Assembly: GCA_036231405.1 (NCBI GenBank)
Contig: JAZAHK010000003.1
Span: 192,001 to 256,000, forward strand
Length of the DNA stretch: 64,000 nt
Source: Nitrospinota bacterium
GTDB lineage: Bacteria > UBA8248
Direction of reading: 5' to 3'
The notes below the pieces were generated by a model that was given only the letters and a program-made list of their open reading frames with translations, searched no databases and was not told the DNA's origin. Every line of letters begins with the position of its first letter. The first letter of the stretch is position 1. Below, piece after piece: positions 39,610 to 49,065 of the stretch. A program made the position numbers and the translations under genes.

Positions 39610-41286
39610 ATGCCAAAAATGACAGGCGCACAATATCTTGCCGAAGCGCTAAAAGCTTATGAAGTTACACATTTATTTCATGTTCCAGCAATTCTTAGAA
39701 AAACTATGGTAGAGCTGGAAGAAAGAACTCTAATTAATAGAGTACGTAGTCATGGAGAGAAGTCCGCAGCGTATATGGCAGACGGATATGCTAGAGCAAC
39801 AGGCAAACCTGGAATATGTGCTGCCCAAGTAATCGGGGCAATGAACCTGGCAGCGGGATTGCGTGATGCTTTTTTAGCAAGGTCCCCTATCATTGCTTTT
39901 ACCGGAGGAAGACTTCCAGAAACAAAATTTAGGCAAGTATATCAAGAAATAGATGATGTCCCAACTTTTGATCCTGTAACAAAATTTAATGCCACAATAG
40001 ACGATGTATCTAGAATTCCCGATATGTTAAACCAAGCCTTCCGCAGCGCTACTTCGGGTTCTCCTGGACCAGTACATTTACAATTTGCAGGAAATGAGGG
40101 GCAACTGGATCAACAAGAAGCTGATATGACATTACAAGTCGATAAAAACTGTATAAAACTACCTCCACACAGGCCAGTTGCTGATCCAGACAGTATTTCT
40201 GCCGCTGCAGAAATACTCGGAAATTGCGAAAAACCTGTTATGGTAGTTGGAGGTGGGGCTAAATCTTCAAAGGCATCTAAAGAAATTTTACTCCTTGCGG
40301 AAAAACTAAATATCCCAGTCGTAACTTCATTGAACGGAAAGGATGTCTTCCCTTCTACACATAGTCTTTCAGCTGGGGTAGTAGGAACATACTCAAGGGA
40401 AAGCGCGAATAAAACGGTTCTTGAGTCAGACTTAGTTTTCTTTATAGGAACTCAAGCTGGTGGTATGACTACTCACTTTTGGGCAGTCCCTCCAATTGGA
40501 AAATCTGCAATTCAACTAGATATTGATCCAGAGGCTCTCGGAAGAAATTATCCTCTTAAGGTTGCTCTAAACGGAGATGTGAAAGCAACCCTACAAAAAT
40601 TAATTGATGTTTGCGACCCTTCTTCTGCAAACAAAAGAGACTCCTGGGTAAAAACAGTGAAAAGAATAGTTAAAGAATATTACGGCACCTACTCTGAACT
40701 CATGAATTCTGAAGATGTTCCAATGAGACCAGAAAGAATTTGCAAAGAAATGACAGATCATCTTCCATCAGACGCTATGGTTGTTGTCGATACAGGACAT
40801 TCTGGAATGTGGATGGGCGGAATGTATGACCTAAGAGAAACTACACAAAATTATATGAGAAGCGCTGGACATCTAGGTTGGGCCTTTCCTGCTGCGCTAG
40901 GTGCAAAATGTGGCGTCCCAGACAGACCTGTTATTTGTTTCACCGGAGATTCGGGCCTTTGGTATCACATTGGAGATATAGAAACGGCAGTACGTTGGAA
41001 TATTAACGCAGTTATCCTTGTAAACAATAACCACTCTGGAAATCAATCTAAAAGAGGATTTGATAGAATCTACGGTGGAGAACAAACAGAAAAAGCATTT
41101 GAACTTTGGGGTCTAAGTAAAGTCAATTTTGCTAAAATTGCAGAAGACATGGGAGCATTAGGAATTCGGGTCGAAAAACCAGGAGAACTGAAAAGTGCAT
41201 TTGACCAAGCATTTTCAGCAAATCGTCCTGTAGTCTTAGATGTAGTCAGTGAAATTAATGCTTTAGCTCCATTAGCACATAGTTAA
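39610..41286 (+). CDS. ThDP-dependent enzyme, acetolactate synthase large-subunit-like
   Basis: HGEKSAAYMADGYAR, PGPVHL, GDSG...NN ThDP motif; ATG 39610 after GAGG. Confidence 0.88.
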   Translation: MPKMTGAQYLAEALKAYEVTHLFHVPAILRKTMVELEERTLINRVRSHGEKSAAYMADGYARATGKPGICAAQVIGAMNLAAGLRDAFLARSPIIAFTGGRLPETKFRQVYQEIDDVPTFDPVTKFNATIDDVSRIPDMLNQAFRSATSGSPGPVHLQFAGNEGQLDQQEADMTLQVDKNCIKLPPHRPVADPDSISAAAEILGNCEKPVMVVGGGAKSSKASKEILLLAEKLNIPVVTSLNGKDVFPSTHSLSAGVVGTYSRESANKTVLESDLVFFIGTQAGGMTTHFWAVPPIGKSAIQLDIDPEALGRNYPLKVALNGDVKATLQKLIDVCDPSSANKRDSWVKTVKRIVKEYYGTYSELMNSEDVPMRPERICKEMTDHLPSDAMVVVDTGHSGMWMGGMYDLRETTQNYMRSAGHLGWAFPAALGAKCGVPDRPVICFTGDSGLWYHIGDIETAVRWNINAVILVNNNHSGNQSKRGFDRIYGGEQTEKAFELWGLSKVNFAKIAEDMGALGIRVEKPGELKSAFDQAFSANRPVVLDVVSEINALAPLAHS

Positions 41287-41297
41287 AACTAAAGAAT

Positions 41298-41495
41298 TCA
41301 GTTTTCATCTAAAATGATACCTTCGTAATCTGGGATGGCTCCTTTCCCCTTTTTCGCAGCAAGTGGTTTTCTCTTAAATTCTATAACGAGAGTGTTTTTT
41401 TGATTAAAAGCTCTTGTCATTATTGTAACAATTCCACGATCTAATTTCGTTCTTGACTCCCTTTTCTCAATTATTTCTGATTCGGCATATATTGT
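41298..41495 (-). pseudogene. C-terminal remnant of a MaoC-family (hot-dog) dehydratase
   Basis: TIYAESEIIEKRESRTKLDRGIVTIMTRAFNQKNTLVIEFKRK resembles the MaoC second half; no room for the N-terminal half before the ACAD stop. Confidence 0.7.
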
Positions 41496-41502
41496 CCTAT
41501 GT

Positions 41503-42654
41503 CTAGACTGGAAAACGCTCAAGCAAACGTCGAGCAATAATAATCCTTTGTATTTCGTTAGAACCTTCTCCGACTGTTAGAAGTTTACAGTCACGAAAAT
41601 AGCGTTCAACTGGCAACTCTTGAATAAATCCCATTCCCCCGTGTATCTGAATAGCCTCACTTGCGCAAAATTCAGCCGTCTCTGAAGCGAAAAGTTTTGC
41701 CATGCCTGCTTCGAGATCACAACGCTTATTATCACTTTTTAAATTAGCTGCTTGATAAGTCATTAATTTTGATGCATGGATACGAGTCGCCATTTCGGAT
41801 AATTTTGATTGAATCAATTGATGATGTGCAATAGGTTTCCCAAACGTCTCTCTTTGTTGTGCATATTTAACAGAGTCTTCAAAAGCAGCTCTTGCCAAAC
41901 CAACACTTCTCGCAGCTACATTGATTCGACCCCCTTCTAAGGCACTCATTATCATAGGAAAACCTTCATTCTCCTTCCCAAGAAGGTTCTCAAGCGGTAC
42001 TCTTGTATCTTCAAAAATTAATTCGCTTGTTCTAAGACCACGATATCCCATTTTTTTTAGATGTCGACTCACCTCAAATCCAGGACTTCCTTTATGCACA
42101 AGAATTCCTGATATTCCCTTTGCTTTTGGTAGTTCAGGATCGGTTCGAACCAAAACACAAAACATATTCGCATGCTCAGCATTCGACGTCCACATTTTTG
42201 TTCCATTAATCACCCATTGATCTTCTTCTTTTTTCCCTTGAGTTCTAAGAGCAGCAGCGTCGGAACCTGATCCAGGCTCACTTAACGCCATGCCTGAATG
42301 CCATTCGCCTGTTGACATTTTGGGTAAATAATTTTTCCTTTGTTCATCCGATCCATAATGTAAAATCATCCAAGAAGTCATCATATGTGTACCAAGAATT
42401 CCCGCAACACTCATCCAGCCTACAGAAAGTTCTTCCATAGCAATTGCGTAGCAGACTTCGTCCATTCCACCTCCACCATATTCTTCTGGGATTGTTAGCC
42501 CGAAAAATCCTAACTCCTGCATTTTTTCAACGATACCAATGGGATAACGATCCTCAAGTTCATATTCCATTGCCACAGGTTTGATTTCGCGATCAACAAA
42601 TTCTTTAATCATTTTTTGTACACTTGTTTGCAATTCATTAAATTCAAAATCCAT
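41503..42654 (-). CDS. Acyl-CoA dehydrogenase
   Basis: ALSEPGSGSD, NGTKMW, KMGYRG, RETFGKPI, QIHGGMG, GEGSNEIQR. Confidence 0.93.
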   Translation of the reverse strand: MDFEFNELQTSVQKMIKEFVDREIKPVAMEYELEDRYPIGIVEKMQELGFFGLTIPEEYGGGGMDEVCYAIAMEELSVGWMSVAGILGTHMMTSWMILHYGSDEQRKNYLPKMSTGEWHSGMALSEPGSGSDAAALRTQGKKEEDQWVINGTKMWTSNAEHANMFCVLVRTDPELPKAKGISGILVHKGSPGFEVSRHLKKMGYRGLRTSELIFEDTRVPLENLLGKENEGFPMIMSALEGGRINVAARSVGLARAAFEDSVKYAQQRETFGKPIAHHQLIQSKLSEMATRIHASKLMTYQAANLKSDNKRCDLEAGMAKLFASETAEFCASEAIQIHGGMGFIQELPVERYFRDCKLLTVGEGSNEIQRIIIARRLLERFPV

Positions 42655-42699
42655 TTCATACTCTCCAGTAATAATGAAACTATGAAAAATTCAACAGAA

Positions 42700-43878
42700 T
42701 TAAATTATTCCTTCTTCTTTATATTTTTCAATGTCTTTTTTCGAAATCCCTAAATTCTCTAGGATAATATCCGTATGTTCTCCCAAAACAGGAGGATGTT
42801 CCAATCGAGGCAAAATATTATTAAATGAAACAGGAAATCTACACATCTTTACATTCCCATATTTCCCGCTGACTTCTTTAAAAATTTCTCTAGAAATTGC
42901 TTGAGGATGATTACATACTTCATCAAGACTGTTAACGCAACCGCAGGGGACACCAAACTCAAGAAAAATTTTTCTCCAATCTTCACGTTCCTTCGTTTTC
43001 AAAACCGGTAGAAAAACTTCTAATAATGCGTCTATATTTTTATATCTATTAGAATTCGATGAAAAACGTGAGTCCTTAATCCATTCCTCATGATCTAGAG
43101 CTCTAGCAAAATTATGCCAAGTTGCCTCACTTGCACAAGCTATCGCAATCAATTTGTCGTGTTTTGCAGGATATGCGCCGTAAGGTGCAAGCAAATGATG
43201 CCCAGTTCCTATTCGTTCTGGCATATAGTTGTCTTCAAAAAAATGGAGAGGAAAATACCCAAGCATACTTACCATGCAATCAAACATTGAAACATCTATT
43301 TCTTGTCCTAGACCATCCTTATCCCTTTGTTTAAGAGCCATCATACAACTCAATGCGACAAATAATCCTGTAACACCATCACAAATAGAAAGTGCCATTT
43401 TTGCAGGTTCTTCTTTCGAACCTGTCATTTCAATAATTCCTGTTTCTGCTTGAATGAGGCCATCAAAAGCTTTCATACTTTTATAAGGTCCATCCTGTCC
43501 ATATCCGGAAGTGTGAACATAAATAATATCTTTCTTCATTGCCTTAACATTTTCATAATTGTATCCAAGCCTATCTATTGATCCTGGGCTAAAATTTTCC
43601 AAGAAAATATCAGCATCTAGAATCAACTTATTTAGGATTTCTTTTCCATTCTTATCTTTTAAATTAAGAGTAAGACTCTTCTTGTTTGGATTAACCCAAA
43701 AGTGAACAGAACCCTCACCATTTACAACGTTATCCCAATGACGAACCATATCCCCTTTTTCGGGAACTTCAATCTTGATAACCTCCGCACCAAAATCCGC
43801 AAGATGACGAAGTCCAATAGGGCCACTTATGGAAACACCAAGTGAAACTATTTTAATTCCTTCAAGAGGAAGCGACAT
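42700..43878 (-). CDS. Family III CoA-transferase (CaiB/BaiF)
   Basis: LADFGAEVIKIE, NKKSLTLNLK, SGYGQDGP, PPVLGEHT. Confidence 0.93.
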   Translation of the reverse strand: MSLPLEGIKIVSLGVSISGPIGLRHLADFGAEVIKIEVPEKGDMVRHWDNVVNGEGSVHFWVNPNKKSLTLNLKDKNGKEILNKLILDADIFLENFSPGSIDRLGYNYENVKAMKKDIIYVHTSGYGQDGPYKSMKAFDGLIQAETGIIEMTGSKEEPAKMALSICDGVTGLFVALSCMMALKQRDKDGLGQEIDVSMFDCMVSMLGYFPLHFFEDNYMPERIGTGHHLLAPYGAYPAKHDKLIAIACASEATWHNFARALDHEEWIKDSRFSSNSNRYKNIDALLEVFLPVLKTKEREDWRKIFLEFGVPCGCVNSLDEVCNHPQAISREIFKEVSGKYGNVKMCRFPVSFNNILPRLEHPPVLGEHTDIILENLGISKKDIEKYKEEGII

Positions 43879-43912
43879 ATCGATTCTTTCCTTTAAAAAG
43901 TTAATTTCGATT

Positions 43913-44248
43913 TTAAATCTTTCTCAAATACTCTTGAAAATCAAAAGTCAGGAAAGACAAGAACTTTAAAGTTAAATCTAACGCAATAAATTCTAAGTCC
44001 TCTTCATCATCCGAAATTTCATCTTTTAACTCTTCAAAAACTTGAAAAATCTTTTTCACATTATCACTTATAGGTGACTCACTAATCTTATTGGTTGGTT
44101 GAATATCTTTTTCAATGAAATTAGCAAAGGAATTGACCTCGTAGGAAACAAAACAAAAAACATGATAGACCGCCTGTTCAATCTCTTCCTCTCCTTTGCA
44201 ATCCTTCCTTAAGTCGTTTAATTTTGCAAGTATTGATTCTACTTTCAC
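43913..44248 (-). CDS. Small acidic hypothetical protein with an internal two-fold repeat
   Basis: GTG after GAGG; two similar helical units of about 45 aa. Confidence 0.7.
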   Translation of the reverse strand: MKVESILAKLNDLRKDCKGEEEIEQAVYHVFCFVSYEVNSFANFIEKDIQPTNKISESPISDNVKKIFQVFEELKDEISDDEEDLEFIALDLTLKFLSFLTFDFQEYLRKI

Positions 44249-44385
44249 TTGATGTCCTCATTTTTTACTTTTAAAATACCTAAAAAACATTATTCTAATA
44301 AAATAGATTATAATGTTGCTGTTTTATCTTTGCGAGGCTTCACCTTTAAAGAGTGTCAAAAATTTACATACAACAGGATTGAATC

Positions 44386-45189
44386 ATGAATAATACAGAC
44401 CTAGTTTCCTACGAACAAAATCTTAATAAATTTTTGAGATTAAATACATTTCCTGTGGCCATTAAATTCTTGAAAAACTTTGAAGAGATTCCAGATAGAA
44501 CGAAAAGACCTATGAAAGATTTCAAAAATCAATTCACGACTTGCCAAGCAATTGGTATGGCTAGGAAATATGGTTGGGTAATCGCTCTTGGAAAGGAAGA
44601 TAGTAGTTGTATTCTTGGAGCTATGGCCCTTGGATTAGAAAAGAAATTAGATCACTACACAGAAGGAAATTTATGTATAAATTTATATACAGAAAACCTG
44701 AATGCAGGCCGTATAAGCGAAGAAAGTGTCCCAAGACTTAATGAAAACGAATACGTCGGAGTTATTGTTGGACCCCTTAACCGAACAACTTTTATCCCTG
44801 ACTGTATCGTAGTATATGGGAATAGCGCACAAATTATGAGATTAGGGCAAGCTTGGCTTTGGAAAAGAGGCGGAACTATGAATAGCGAGTTTAGAGGTAG
44901 GGTTGATTGTGCTGACATAGCAATTGCTCCATTTATTTCTAGAAAACCTCAGATGATAGTTCCCTGCACTGGAGATAGGATTTTTGGGCAAGTACAAGAT
45001 CATGAAGTAGCTTTTAGTTTCCCATTCGAATTGAGTGATGAAATAATGGAAGGATTGGAAGGAACACACAAAGCTGGTGGCGCTAGATATCCAGTCACAA
45101 ACTGGATGAATTATACAGGCAATTTTCCAAGTTCATACGAAAACTACAAAGAAATGATTCAAAAAGAAGAGAATGACGAAAAAATCTAA
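44386..45189 (+). CDS. DUF169 family protein
   Basis: [33 protein letters not shown]. Confidence 0.85.
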   Translation: MNNTDLVSYEQNLNKFLRLNTFPVAIKFLKNFEEIPDRTKRPMKDFKNQFTTCQAIGMARKYGWVIALGKEDSSCILGAMALGLEKKLDHYTEGNLCINLYTENLNAGRISEESVPRLNENEYVGVIVGPLNRTTFIPDCIVVYGNSAQIMRLGQAWLWKRGGTMNSEFRGRVDCADIAIAPFISRKPQMIVPCTGDRIFGQVQDHEVAFSFPFELSDEIMEGLEGTHKAGGARYPVTNWMNYTGNFPSSYENYKEMIQKEENDEKI

Positions 45190-45443
45190 ACCTTAACTCC
45201 GGTATTACGTAACTCTGATAAGACCTTTGAGATTCCTTTTTTTGCGATTGTTCTAATGCCGCGGGCAGAAACTTTTAAGGTTACCCATCTGTTTTCTTCT
45301 GCAACCCAAAATCTCTTTTTATGTATATTAGAATTGAATCTTCTTCTAGTTTTCTTGTTTGAATGGCTCACATTGTTACCAAACATCACACTTTTACCTG
45401 TTACTATACATCGATTGTGAGAAAGGGTCTTAATCTTAGGCAT
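45186..45443 (-). CDS. rpmB: 50S ribosomal protein L28
   Basis: [23 protein letters not shown]. Confidence 0.95.
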   Translation of the reverse strand: MPKIKTLSHNRCIVTGKSVMFGNNVSHSNKKTRRRFNSNIHKKRFWVAEENRWVTLKVSARGIRTIAKKGISKVLSELRNTGVKV

Positions 45444-45444
45444 A

Positions 45445-45594
45445 TTATTTCACCTCACGAAACAGAACATGTTTTCTGCAAAAACTACAATACTTCTTAA
45501 ACTCCAGTCTGTCAGGAGTTGTTCTCTTATTCTTTGTAGAAGCGTATCTTATTTTCTCGCAATCTACACACTCAAGTAGAATTTTATCTCTCAT
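45445..45594 (-). CDS. rpmG: 50S ribosomal protein L33 (four-Cys, Zn-ribbon type)
   Basis: Manual translation [49 protein letters not shown]; below ORF-track cutoff. Confidence 0.95.
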   Translation of the reverse strand: MRDKILLECVDCEKIRYASTKNKRTTPDRLEFKKYCSFCRKHVLFREVK

Positions 45595-45677
45595 GATACA
45601 AAAACCTTCCGCTAAGAAACGCTCACACCGAAAAAACGTGAAAGATACATCAAGTTTGAGATAAAACGCAAGTAGGA

Positions 45678-46667
45678 TTAACTCGGTTTTTTCAAAAATC
45701 CGTCGACAGGTAGTTCCGTCCCTAAGTTTTGTTCCTTAGCAAGCTTGAAAAGTTCTGAGCCAAGAGCAACATCCTCAGAAGCAACTCCTTGACTTAAAAA
45801 TAAATTTATTTCTTCTTCAGAAGATCTTCCTGACATTGTACCACTTGCCAATAATCCTATTTCAACCACCTGCCCCCAATTAATTATCTTTGAGTTTACA
45901 GCCCCAACTAAATCACCACTTTCAAAAGTAGCGCCTTCTATATTATCGGTAACTATACGACCACGTGAAGCCTTTCTGAATGTTTCATCATCAATCTCTC
46001 GATTAGAAATGCGATTCGACCCAGCTGCAATAATTGTTGAACCTGGTTCAATATGTTTTCCCTCAAAAACAGGATCACTGGCATTAGTCATCGTACAAAT
46101 TATTTTTGAACCACGCACTGCCTTTGATGGATCATCGACAGCAATTAGTTCAGGATTCACTTTTTTTTGCATTCTACTAATAAACGCATCTCTTTTATCC
46201 TTATTACGACTATAAATTTTGACTCTTTTAATTTCTCTAGCCAGACAAATCGCCTCAAGTTGTGTACCTGCTTGCCTACCAGTACCAATCAAACAGGCTT
46301 CTTCTATCAACTCATTTGACATATACTTTGCAGCAACACCACTTGCAGCACCAGTTCTAAGTTGTCCAAGTAAGTTGGCTTCCATTAAGGCAAGAAGTTC
46401 TGAACTACTTGCATCCCATAGTAGAAAAATGAAACGTACACCTATCCCAGGAAAAGCAGTGTAAGTTTTTAAGCCTAAATACCCCTCATTTTCTCGGATC
46501 AAACTTGCAAACATTACGTGCATCATCCCCTCAGGAACATATATTCTTCTTCTAGGTTGGTTTGTTGCCTTTCCTTTCCCCTGTAATTTAAAACATTCAT
46601 CAACCACCCTCATCACATCGGGCATTGTAACGAGCGATTCTATTTCGTTTTCGTTCAAATAGAGCAT
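45678..46667 (-). CDS. Ornithine cyclodeaminase/mu-crystallin family protein
   Basis: GLKTY, LRTGAASGVAAKY, IGTGRQA, SQGVASED. Confidence 0.9.
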   Translation of the reverse strand: MLYLNENEIESLVTMPDVMRVVDECFKLQGKGKATNQPRRRIYVPEGMMHVMFASLIRENEGYLGLKTYTAFPGIGVRFIFLLWDASSSELLALMEANLLGQLRTGAASGVAAKYMSNELIEEACLIGTGRQAGTQLEAICLAREIKRVKIYSRNKDKRDAFISRMQKKVNPELIAVDDPSKAVRGSKIICTMTNASDPVFEGKHIEPGSTIIAAGSNRISNREIDDETFRKASRGRIVTDNIEGATFESGDLVGAVNSKIINWGQVVEIGLLASGTMSGRSSEEEINLFLSQGVASEDVALGSELFKLAKEQNLGTELPVDGFLKKPS

Positions 46668-46709
46668 CTAAAAACTCCTTTACTCATCTGTCAATTAATA
46701 GATAAAATT

Positions 46710-47816
46710 CTATACTCGAAATTCTTCTATCTTATTCATATCTATTGAAACCCCGAGACCCGGCGAACTTGGAACGCTGATTTCTCCATTATCAATTTCT
46801 AGAGGAAGATTGACCACATCATCAATCATTTTATATGGACCCACAGATTCAATCGCACTTAATACGGATTTGGAAGTGGAAGCAAGATGAATCTCGGCAA
46901 TAGTCTGAGGAGTAAGACCAAATCCATGACCAATCACAATCTCCAAACCTGCCCCTTCAAGCATACTGATCATTTCCCTTACTTTAAAAACTGAACCTTG
47001 CTTCATGATTTTGAGTTTAACGATATCAGCAGCTTCTCGCTTGACAACTTCAAACAAGCTACAATAGTCGGTGACACATTCATCTGCCATAATTGGAATC
47101 TCTACAGAGCGTCTAAGTTCTGCCATATCGTCTAATTTTTTTCTATCAAAAGGTTGTTCAAAAAGCCGAATATTAGCACTGGAAACTTCTTTAATAAAAT
47201 TTTGAGCATCTTGAATACTTCTATATGACTCATTAGCGTCTACTCTGATTTCAAAATCTTTGCCGCCACCTTCTCGAACAGCCAAAACCCTTTCTATATC
47301 ACTACTTACTCCTCCGTTCAGTTTTACCTTGCATGCTCTCCAACCTTTTTGTCTAAATTTTTTAGCCTCTAGAGATGCGTCTTCATTAGAAAGAACGCCA
47401 ATCCATGCATTAAAAAAAACTTTTTCAACTACAGAACCTCCCAATAACTCAGAAAGAGAAACACCTAATGATTTAGCATGTATATCTGTCAACGCAAGCG
47501 TAATAGCAGATTTACCTTCCCATAACCCATAAAGAGCAGAATCTAGATTATAAGAAATCCTTCTAAAGTTCCGTGGATCCTCCCCAATCAAGATGGGAGA
47601 TAGATTTTTTTCAACGATTTCCGCAATATCGTTTCGATTTAATTTTGTATAACCCTCAGTTGGTTCAATATCACCAATTCCATCTAAGCCATTGTCTGTC
47701 TTTACGTGTACAACCATCCCTTCTTGTATATTATGATTATGCCTTGCATTACGAAAAAAACCTTTCATCGGCATATCTATTTTGTACACATCGATAGAGG
47801 AAATTTTCATTTTCAA
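46710..47816 (-). CDS. Enolase superfamily protein (muconate cycloisomerase/dipeptide epimerase-like)
   Basis: KVK, DANE, EQP, ADE, KIMKQG, PGLGV. Confidence 0.87.
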   Translation of the reverse strand: MKMKISSIDVYKIDMPMKGFFRNARHNHNIQEGMVVHVKTDNGLDGIGDIEPTEGYTKLNRNDIAEIVEKNLSPILIGEDPRNFRRISYNLDSALYGLWEGKSAITLALTDIHAKSLGVSLSELLGGSVVEKVFFNAWIGVLSNEDASLEAKKFRQKGWRACKVKLNGGVSSDIERVLAVREGGGKDFEIRVDANESYRSIQDAQNFIKEVSSANIRLFEQPFDRKKLDDMAELRRSVEIPIMADECVTDYCSLFEVVKREAADIVKLKIMKQGSVFKVREMISMLEGAGLEIVIGHGFGLTPQTIAEIHLASTSKSVLSAIESVGPYKMIDDVVNLPLEIDNGEISVPSSPGLGVSIDMNKIEEFRV

Positions 47817-47850
47817 ACTCTTAAATTAAGAAAAAGAAAGATAAATAAGA

Positions 47851-48816
47851 TTAAATGTTTAAAACTGATTCCCCGAATAATTCGTCTGTCTGAATTACCC
47901 TATCAGTCAAACCTTGTTCATGTGCGTACAAAGCAAGTTTTTCTAAAGTCTTATGATTTCTTTTTACTCCATACGGCCAGTAATTGTCTCCAAAAATAGA
48001 ACGTGTTTCCTCCATAAAAGCCGGTAAAAAAGGAATCATAGCAGAAAGCGCCCCTGTATCGTTCAAATTTTCTATTGTTTTTTTTCTACTCTCTTCGAGG
48101 GCGTCGTATATATTTTTCAATAACCACGGAAATTTTTCATTGAGCTGTTTTTTCAAAACAACACAATGCATTATAGGATGAATTTGAGTCTTTTTATAAT
48201 AATCTATTTCATCCTTTTTATAGTCAGGAAACAAGCGGAAAACTTTATCAGGACTCCTCAAAAATGCTTTAGGAACCTGATGTATAAGAGCAGCATCTAT
48301 TTCACCTGTTTCAAGCATATCTGACAAGTTTTTATCGACAGGTATAAAACTTATTTTACAGCCGCTTGGCATTTCTATAGGGACCCTGGGTTCTTTCGCA
48401 GCAACCCATTCTACAGTTTTAATATCCAGGTCCTACTCTTCTTTCAATATTCCTATTATCCATACAACTGCAGTCATACCCCATTCTCTAATTCCTATTT
48501 TCTTTCCGTTCAAATCAGAAGGGGCCTTGATACCTGAACTGGTATTAGCATAAACCATAGAATGTCTAAAAACACGACTGGGAAAAGCTGGAATCCCTAC
48601 GAATGGGGAGTTGCCCTTCCCAAGTAGAAATAGGTGTGCGCCCATTGACATCTCAGACAAATCAAATTCTTGGTATCTGCACATTCGATAGAAAATATCA
48701 CTAGGGGGAAATTTTAAAACTCTTAGATTCACACCTGCAGGTATCATTCCATCAGTATCTAAAAAATGTGTTCGATCATAATTTCCAAATGCTCCAGTTA
48801 ATTCCAAATCTGACAT
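47851..48816 (-). pseudogene. 4,5-dihydroxyphthalate-decarboxylase-like (PBP fold) gene interrupted by one in-frame TAG
   Basis: ORFs 48433-48816 and 47851-48372 are in one frame; TAG at 48433-48435 then DLDIKTVEWVAAKEPRVPIE joins them; YDRT, SEMS, FPSRVFRHS, PIMH, WPYG motifs. Confidence 0.75.
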
Positions 48817-49065
48817 TAAAGTAATTCCTCATTTTTAGAGAATAATTTAGTAAAAGAAGAAGATACAGATCTCTCATAAACCGAAGTGAAGAGCAAGAAA
48901 TCTTTATTTTCTAAGAACTAGATTTTAATGCTCATCACAACCAAAAAAAAAAAAAATCCAGATAGGTTTTTTAATTGAAACTGATACAATGTACAAAATT
49001 TGAATCGGAAAGAAAACTAGCCTCACTTAAAGAACTATTTTCTAAAAATATATGAATGGAAAAAG

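Noticed and set aside
48943-48956. A14 homopolymer in a divergent promoter region (phase variation?)
   Set aside because: A/T runs are common in this AT-rich sequence and prone to sequencing error; no supporting evidence.
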